A DNA stretch of 64,000 bases from Chrysomallon squamiferum (taxonomy: Eukaryota; Animalia; Mollusca), in assembly GCA_012295275.1 (NCBI GenBank), contig CM022667.1, positions 248,001 to 312,000 of the forward strand. The letters run 5' to 3'. Below the pieces are notes generated by a model, which was not told the origin of the DNA, did not search any database, and worked only from the letters and a program-made list of their open reading frames with translations. Positions 56,378 to 64,000 of the stretch are shown in pieces. Made by a program: the position numbers and the translations under genes. How positions within the stretch are numbered: position 1 is the first letter of the stretch; each line of letters opens with the position of its first letter.

Positions 56378-59300
56378 ATGGCGACAGTTCGTCTGCCTGG
56401 AGCTTGTCAGGGAGTTTCCTCATCGGATCCTTCATCGTCCCCCAGCACACCAACGCATACGTCGGGTACTTCATCTCCAGATTCAACAAACTCGTCTCCT
56501 GTGTCAACCAAATCAATTTCTTTGGGTCCAGTAGGCCCCAAAATACAAACTGATCACGGATGGTGACATCCAAGTTTGTCGATTGAACCATACACGCACG
56601 ATTGTTAGTAAAATAATGAACTCTAAGTATCTACGTAGGTGGGAGAGTCATCACATTGTGTTAGATCACAGTGAAATTAGATCGTTAACGGTGAGTAAAA
56701 AGAGTTAAAAAAATAGGACCATTCGTTAATTCATTTTATTTTTATATTATATAGATATATTCTTCTTCTTTTTTTTTTTTTTTTTTTTTGACAAGGTTGT
56801 GTTTACATCGTTACGGTTCAATGAACCTATTGAAGCCACCAGTGTATGATGTAGCTGACCTCACTAAAACGACTTGGCACTAAACTTGGGCTGTTGTTAT
56901 TTAGATAAAAACAGCCATTTGTTTCAAATTTGTTTTGTATGTACATGAAGGTTATAATGTCTCAGATTACAAAAACAATAATTAGTATGTATGTGTTATT
57001 AACATAATCACAACAAGAATGTATGTAGTGACATTAAAAAGATTGATATGATGTATTTTAGGATTAATTCTATGTCCACTCATAATTATATTAAATATAT
57101 ACAGTCAGAGAAAAAACATACAGTATATAAATGCATACATTTTTTAATTCATAATTTTGTTAAAATGAATGAACCATACCTTTTGGAAACCTAACTAACA
57201 GCTAAATAAAAACATGTAGGCTTCACAGTTATTATTTAACTTGTTGTTATGATCATTGTTAATGATGAAGTATGAAAAAAGAGCTATCAACAATGCATGG
57301 AACTAGTTGAATTAAATTAAACTTTAATTCGTTTAGCTGATAAAACACAGTTATCACATAAAATTGCCTATTATGCATGAATATTTGCATATCCCATAAT
57401 AAATATTAACATTTCAAAAACTCTTGAATAAACTGTTAAAAAAAATCATCAAAAATGATAATATGAATTGTATTATATCAATATTTTCTTTATAGTTTAA
57501 TTTCAAAAAGAAATACAGTTTCCTCTGATGTATTTAATATTTAAGAAAAAAAAAAAAAAAAAAATAATAATACAAATGTTTTGATAAAAACACAGCCTAA
57601 AATGAAATAAAAAACCACTACCTACAGAATAACACAAAATCCAGATAAAACAAAATCAAATAAAAAATCAAATACAAAAAAAACCCACAAAATCAACCTT
57701 AATTTTCCTGGATTTTTGTTTAAAACAAAAGCACATTTTTAACATTTTGTGGAAGGACTTTTGTTACTGAATATTTTTGTTTAATGATTTAAATTTTTTC
57801 AGTCCAGAAGAAGGCAATAAAAATGTCCTTTTATTTTTTATTTTATAAACTTGCCTGCTATTCAGATATGCATCTCAGATGTTGATGATTGTTATTTACC
57901 ATTAAACATTTACTGTAGTTTTATATGCCATGTTATTTATAGATGCATAACCTTTTACTCTGTTTATAACCACAGACATTTTGTAAAGCTTAATTATTTT
58001 TAAATCAGTTATATAATTAAAAAGCTCTTCTTCCAGAACTTTCTTAAGACTAATAAATAAAGAAATTATGCTTCACTTGTATTTTATATAGTAGTACCAC
58101 TTTTTCAGGTACCCCCCCACACACAGACACACATATAAACAAAGAAATAAAGTAAATCACCTCTGCACATCATTGTGACCAAAAAGCCAAACAAAAAGAA
58201 GAAAAATAAAGACCAATAAATAAAATAAAATAATGTATTTAAAGCAAGGAATGAATTAATAAATAAATTTAAAAAAAAAAGCTGATACAGTAACTGTAAC
58301 CAAATTTGAACAAATTTATTTATAGTAAATATGTGTTGCACCTATTCAGAAAGGTTTGAGAGAGATAGCCAAAAAAAAAAAAGAAAAAAGAAAAAAGTAA
58401 GTTTATGTTAATCATTTGATTATTAATTAACTGAAAATGTTACTCTTAACTGACAGTTTGTTTGGTCATTTAAAGTGTCTACAAGTGCTAGTTACTATTT
58501 TTAGCACAATCTGTTAATTAATTTTCAAAATTTGCTTTTAAATAGAGGGGGTGAAAAAAAAAGGAAGTTATTTTCCTGTAGTACCAGTGATTTCTTTTTT
58601 ATTCTTAATGATGGTTGATAATTTTTATATCTAATTTCCATTGAAATATTGTACAATGATTAAAATAAACATTGCTTCCTTCAATATGAAGTTTGAATGT
58701 AGTGCTGCTTTGTGCAAAGTGAATCATGTCTGTGGGTGATTAGATTTTGCAACTGCTGTCTCCTATATTACAAATGCATGACCTGATGGTATTGGGAGTT
58801 TGTATTTTTCAAAATGTTTGCAGAGAAATTGATTTTTCTGTCAAATGTGTGAGGTATCATTAGAGAGAGGAGATAGCAGAACTCTAGACAGAAGATCTAA
58901 CTATAGTTTGTTTCATAAAAGGTCATATAAACATTTTTGTTTAGTATTTTTCTTATATCAAACTGTATTATTCATTTTTTGTACTTTTGAATATTCAGCA
59001 CTCCAAACAGGTTTTTCTTGGTCTACAAGATACAGTTTTTGACTTAAGAATACTGAATTATAATAAAAATATAAATTATGTTGGACATTTATAATATTGC
59101 AGTCTTAAAGAACATCTTTAAAGTTTAGATTTATTTTGAAAATTATTAATGAAGATTACATTACAGTATAATTTCATTTACTGTTGGTTTGTCATATTAA
59201 ATAAACTGTTCATAGTTTTGGGTTAATGAATGGTTTCTTTAAGGTGAAGTCTAGACATATTAAAATTTGTCACACCTGGTTAAACATGAAATCTAGATTA

Positions 59301-59751
59301 CATGATCTAGTAAGATTTTCTGAAGCTATTTTTAAAGAATTCAGAGCAATGTGCAACACACTTTTCTTAGGTTTATCAGAGCCAAGCTAATGGAAGGTTC
59401 ACTGCATGTGACCTTGATATTGGCTCGTTGAGGTCACGTGATGTTACTTTTGATGGTTTAAAATTTTAAAAAGTGAATTAAGGATTTCCATTATTGAGAA
59501 GAAAATACTGCAGAGAATTATCAGACATTCATTCATTTCATTTGCTCATTCATTCTTGTGATAGAAGCTGTTTTTGTCATTTCTAATCCTTTGGCTTCTT
59601 TTATTTGGTTAAATATATTTAATAACTTTTGTGGTAATACATTCTTTTTTTTTTTTTTTTTTTTTTCTCACTTCCATTTTTAATGAATGGTGTTTAATTT
59701 TGTCCATTGATGGGATTATCTCTGGCATTATTCAAGCCTTTAATTTGCATC

Positions 59752-59787
<36 letters not shown>

Positions 59788-62138
59788 TTATTAATAAAAA
59801 GAAATGAAAGAAGGCAGCAGAACTATTTGTGTAGTTTGTTTATTTTAACTGGTGTGTGTGATCAAAGCCATGCTGTGTGCAGATAATTGATTTGTTAATA
59901 TAATTAATCAGCTGGCTTAAGATGACTCTCTTTGCTTCACATGGATAACAAGTTCACAGTCTGTGTGTAAACAGTTGCCTTTGATAGCATGTCTTTCTTA
60001 CACACCAGCTGGTAATTATATCACTTCAAAATAGAGTTATTTGTGGAATCAAAACATATTTATAAAATTTGACGGGTTATGTTATTCTCGATGAGAAGAA
60101 TTACAAAGTACTTTTGAATAAAATGTACTTTTTAAAATATTTTTTTGCGGGGATTTGAGGATATTTGGGATCTGAAGTTGTAAATATATCAGCATTTTAG
60201 TGTCTTAGGGTTAAAAAGAATTAAAGCAGAGGGATTTATAAAAAAAAAAGTCATAAAGGAAATCTTTTCTATTTTTGATTCTTTGCATGCAGTTTCTGAA
60301 AGGTTTTGATGTCAGAAAAGCAAAGCATTCTTAATGCACTGATACTAATTAGACTTAAAAAGGAAGAAAAACAAAAAACACAAAAACTTTAATTAGCACA
60401 CTGATTAAAAGATGAATGCTTTTGAAATAGTTCACTACATTATATTGGAGAAGAGGCAGTCCTTTCATGTTTACAGTATATCTTTTTGTTCCAAATTCCA
60501 TTAGTTTAAACAGTTATTAACAGCTTCCAGTTTGTTTTGAATATTACTGTTATCTGTAAGAAGAATTTTAACAAAAGAATCAGACCAAAAAATGATTTTG
60601 AGCAATAGCATTATAGAAAGCTTGTGAAAATATTGTCTTCAATTAAAACGAAAAACAATATATATATAATAATAATAAAAAAAAAAAAAAAAAATAAATA
60701 AAATAAAATGAAAGATTAAGAAAACATCTTTATAAGCTGTGAACATTATCTGTGTTTTTAGTTTTGGTAGATTACTGCATCATATATCATTCATCATTTT
60801 CTCTTTTAATAATTAGTAACGTAGCAAAATAATGAATAAATGTTTTTTGAAGTAAAAAGATATTAGATGTTTCTACCAATTACTTCATAGAAAAAGTCGT
60901 CCGAACAAGAAATTCAGACAATTCCAATCTTCACAGATCTTTATCTTGATTTACAGATAATTCTAAAAAATATATCGAAAGCCAGTGCAGTATTTTTTTT
61001 TTTTTTTTTGTGGTATTAACTTCTTCTAGTAAACATTTTAATGGTGTCTAACCATGCTTTGAGAATAAATGATGATTAACGCAAACCTGAATAAAGCAGT
61101 AATGTGTGAAGTGATTGACAAAAACAGTGAGAGATAACACAAGTAAACTGTGTGAATTGAGAAGTTATTTTCTGTAACAATAGCCTCATTTGACAAGATA
61201 AGCTTCTAATATAGGACTTCCTCGCTTTCAGCATGTCTTAATTTACGGAAAATTAGATTTATCCTCTTGCTTAAACACATGTCTTTGGAAACATTTTGTC
61301 AGTTCAGTACTTTTGAGGGAGACGTTTTTGTTCATTGTACGAATGCTAGCCTATGTAGTTTTTTTAACAGACTGATTTGTTTCCTCAGAATTTGATGCTG
61401 TTCATACATAAGTTATTACAACAGGGTGGAAACTTAGCAGGAGGTTAAGTGATCATCATTCTTTTTTGGCACACATCAAATGAGGGTCAAAACAAACATA
61501 AAATAATTCATCACTCTAGACAATTTACAACAGAACTGCACAAGAATAAAGCTTTTCAGTGTTGTGTTTTAAACTTAACTCACAGATATTTAATTAATTT
61601 TGATAACGGTAATCAGTTATGTAATTAAAAAAGTCTTTAAAGAGATTTAGTTATTTATAAATTTTTCTTTTTCTTTTTTTTTCTTCTTCTTCTTCTTCTT
61701 ATTATTATCTTCTTCCTTTTTTTCTTTCTTTTTTTTTTTTTTTTTGAAGGTGCAAACAGTTGATCTTTATGTTCATATTATATTTTTTCAGCAAAATATA
61801 TTTCTTTTCTAAATTAGCATTTATTCATGAATGTTACAAACAGTAAAAGTAATATTCTCTCCCAATTTGTCATGCTGTTTTGTTTCATGTTGAAAGTTCA
61901 CTGGAAATGTCACCATTTTTGTACTTTAAGAAAAATTAATGCAGGCAGAATGACTTAGCAAAACAGGATGACATCAAGAGAAAAATAAAGTAATTTCACC
62001 AAAAATAACAGTAATTAGATTGTGACAAATAAGGATATCATATTTTTAAGATGACCTGACTGACCTTTATAGAAATCAATGTATTTCTTACAACCGATTT
62101 ATCTCAAATTGTTAACACGTTATTTATCTATCAAGCTA

Positions 62139-62187
<49 letters not shown>

Positions 62188-62355
62188 TTATTTATTTATT
62201 TATTTATTGATATATTTTTTTTACAGCCATGTGGTTTTATGGAGAATTCAGTGCCATATTCAAGCATAGAGGATGTACATATCATTTCAAGATGGGATGC
62301 TGGACAGAAATTCTGTATACGGATTACCATACAAGATGGATCCCTTTTGTTACAG
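56378..62355 (+). CDS. CMIP: c-Maf-inducing protein (PH-domain N-terminus), exons 1-2; the gene continues beyond the right edge; exon 1 has a 1-nt frame break near 56540
   Basis: Exon 1 is 56378-56690 (donor ACG|GTGAGT): Ser/Pro-rich leader, then in the +1 frame KYKLITDGDIQVCRLNHTRTIVSKIMNSKYLRRWESHHIVLDHSEIRSLT. Exon 2 is 62227-62355 (phase 0): PCGFMENSVPYSSIEDVHIISRWDAGQKFCIRITIQDGSLLLQ. Both match recalled vertebrate CMIP (RYKLLQEGDIQVC...LRRWEPHH...PTGYMENSVSYSAIEDV). Confidence 0.9.
62145..62186. repeat. (TCTG)n tetranucleotide repeat just upstream of the CMIP exon 2 acceptor
   Basis: Seen directly; followed by (TTTA)n. Confidence 0.9.
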
Positions 62356-62784
62356 GTAATTCAACCCATTATATTTCTTATATTTTATTTCATTACCACT
62401 GGCTCACTTTTCTTCAAGTAAAGAACAAAAACTACCAAAAACAGAAAGAGAATTCTGTAAGATAAATTAGAAAATACAAAGTCCTAATAAATAATGTATT
62501 AAAATAAAAATGAATAATAATTTTTAATATAAGCTTTGTAATTATTTATATTGATTTTTACTGATTAGATGTCAGTTTAGTTTGTAAGCGTGGATGGTGG
62601 TGAAAATTAATTATTTAATATTGTTACGTGTTGTGGTTTGTGTTTCTGAAATAAGCATATTAACAGGGCATTCACCAGAAGCAAGAAAAAAACAAAACAA
62701 AAAACAAAACAAAACAAAACAAAAAATGTAAAAAGAAAAAAGAGGAGAAAAAACAACAACAAAAAATAATAATAAAAATAAATG

Positions 62785-62906
62785 AAAGTAAATTACTAAA
62801 ATTCTAAATAAAATATAAAGACAAAGTAAATTACTAAAATTCTAAATAAAATATAAAGACAAAGTAAATTACTAAAATTCTAAATAAAATATAAAAACAA
62901 AGTAAA
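62785..62906. repeat. 38-bp tandem repeat, ~3.2 near-identical copies
   Basis: AAAGTAAATTACTAAAATTCTAAATAAAATATAAAGAC starting at 62785, 62823 and 62861. Confidence 0.92.
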
Positions 62907-64000
62907 AAGAATTCTTAATATATTATAAAAATTATTTTTATAAACAGTTTGAGAGCTTTATATGTTATGAACATTTGAAAATACATTATTTTTGTTACAC
63001 ACTAACTTGTCAAGGTACTGAACATGGTCATTTCTATTGTACAGAAATCTTAATTGAAACAAAAAACCTATTTTTTTGAAGTAAATTTCTTTAAAAATAA
63101 ACATAATCTTTAAAAAAAAAAAAATTTTAATGTCTTTTTGAAATTGAAATAATTTTTTTTTTATTAAAAATCAACATTGTCAAACATTTCAGTCCAGAAG
63201 CAAAAACAGTTTTGAAGCTGGTTTCTTTAAAAAAAACCCAACAAAAACATTAGTAAATAAATCAATTATTTATTGCATAAACTCCATCAACCTAATAGGT
63301 TCTGTCTGGTTTAAACTGGGTCACCAGTGCCATACAAATCTTTTATCATCTACGTACAAATCTTTTATCATCTGTGTCTGCCAGACATCTGACTTACTGT
63401 ATTAATTTCACTCTGCTGGTCATGTGATAAGAGTATATTTTTAGATGTCAGAGTAGAAAAAGTTTTAAAAATAAACACTGAAAGATGTTTTTGTTTTTAG
63501 ATTATCAGTTTCGTATCAGAGTTGTTTGAACACATTAACTGCCAAATAGGTTAAACAGGTATTTCCAAATAAACCTGGATTTTTATTTTATTTATTTATT
63601 TATTTATTTATTTATTATCATCATCATCATCATCATCATCATTATCATTATCATTATTATTATTATCATCATTATCGTTATCATTATTATCATTATTATT
63701 ATTACTGTTGTTGTTGTTGTTTTGCCACAAAATTACATTAAAACATCATTAAAGTTAAATTACCATCACAATCAGTACTGATCTTAAGAATATTGTTAAA
63801 TTAAGAATCCTGAGATATTCAGATAGCATTTTATTCTTTATTTTGTCATGTCTACATACATACTATATTTTGTGTTGGTGAAAAGTACACACATTTTTGA
63901 AATCAGGATTTTCTATAGCAGGTGGGCATACTAAGTACATGTGTTTTTGAGTGTTTGTGTTTTGAGTATTTGTGTCTTGAGTATTTGTGTCTGTATATAA

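Noticed and set aside
56295-56591. 98-aa minus-strand ORF
   Set aside because: It is an antisense shadow of GC-rich CMIP exon 1 and has no recognisable motif.
62785-62906. 38-bp and other short direct repeats as a possible CRISPR array
   Set aside because: The copies are head-to-tail with no spacers, there are no cas genes, and the context is a eukaryotic intron.

Overview
Very AT-rich, microsatellite-rich eukaryotic DNA with spliceosomal introns. It is probably a mollusc, most likely a gastropod; this is an inference from the gene structures and a recurrent SINE-like repeat. By reading splice sites and checking phases by hand I reconstructed seven protein-coding genes: NAE1/APP-BP1 (-, first 11 exons, runs off the left edge), an uncharacterised EF-hand protein with an MG/polybasic N-terminus and a ubiquitin-like C-terminus (-), PCIF1/CAPAM (+, 13 coding exons, probably followed by an ~8 kb 3'UTR), an ankyrin-repeat/SOCS-box gene with an intronless CDS (-), an MCUR1/CCDC90-family gene (-, with a GC-AG intron), UBE2C (-) and the first two exons of CMIP (+). 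Most ORFs in the supplied track are microsatellite or low-complexity artefacts. I found no convincing wholly new multi-gene system. The best leads are: a +1 frame break in CMIP exon 1 (most likely an assembly indel), a duplicated acceptor forming a candidate poison micro-exon in PCIF1, a uORF-laden leader on the ankyrin-SOCS gene, complementary microsatellites bracketing an exon, a YCAY cluster in the putative PCIF1 3'UTR, and PCIF1-UBE2C / NAE1-CMIP linkage shared with human.
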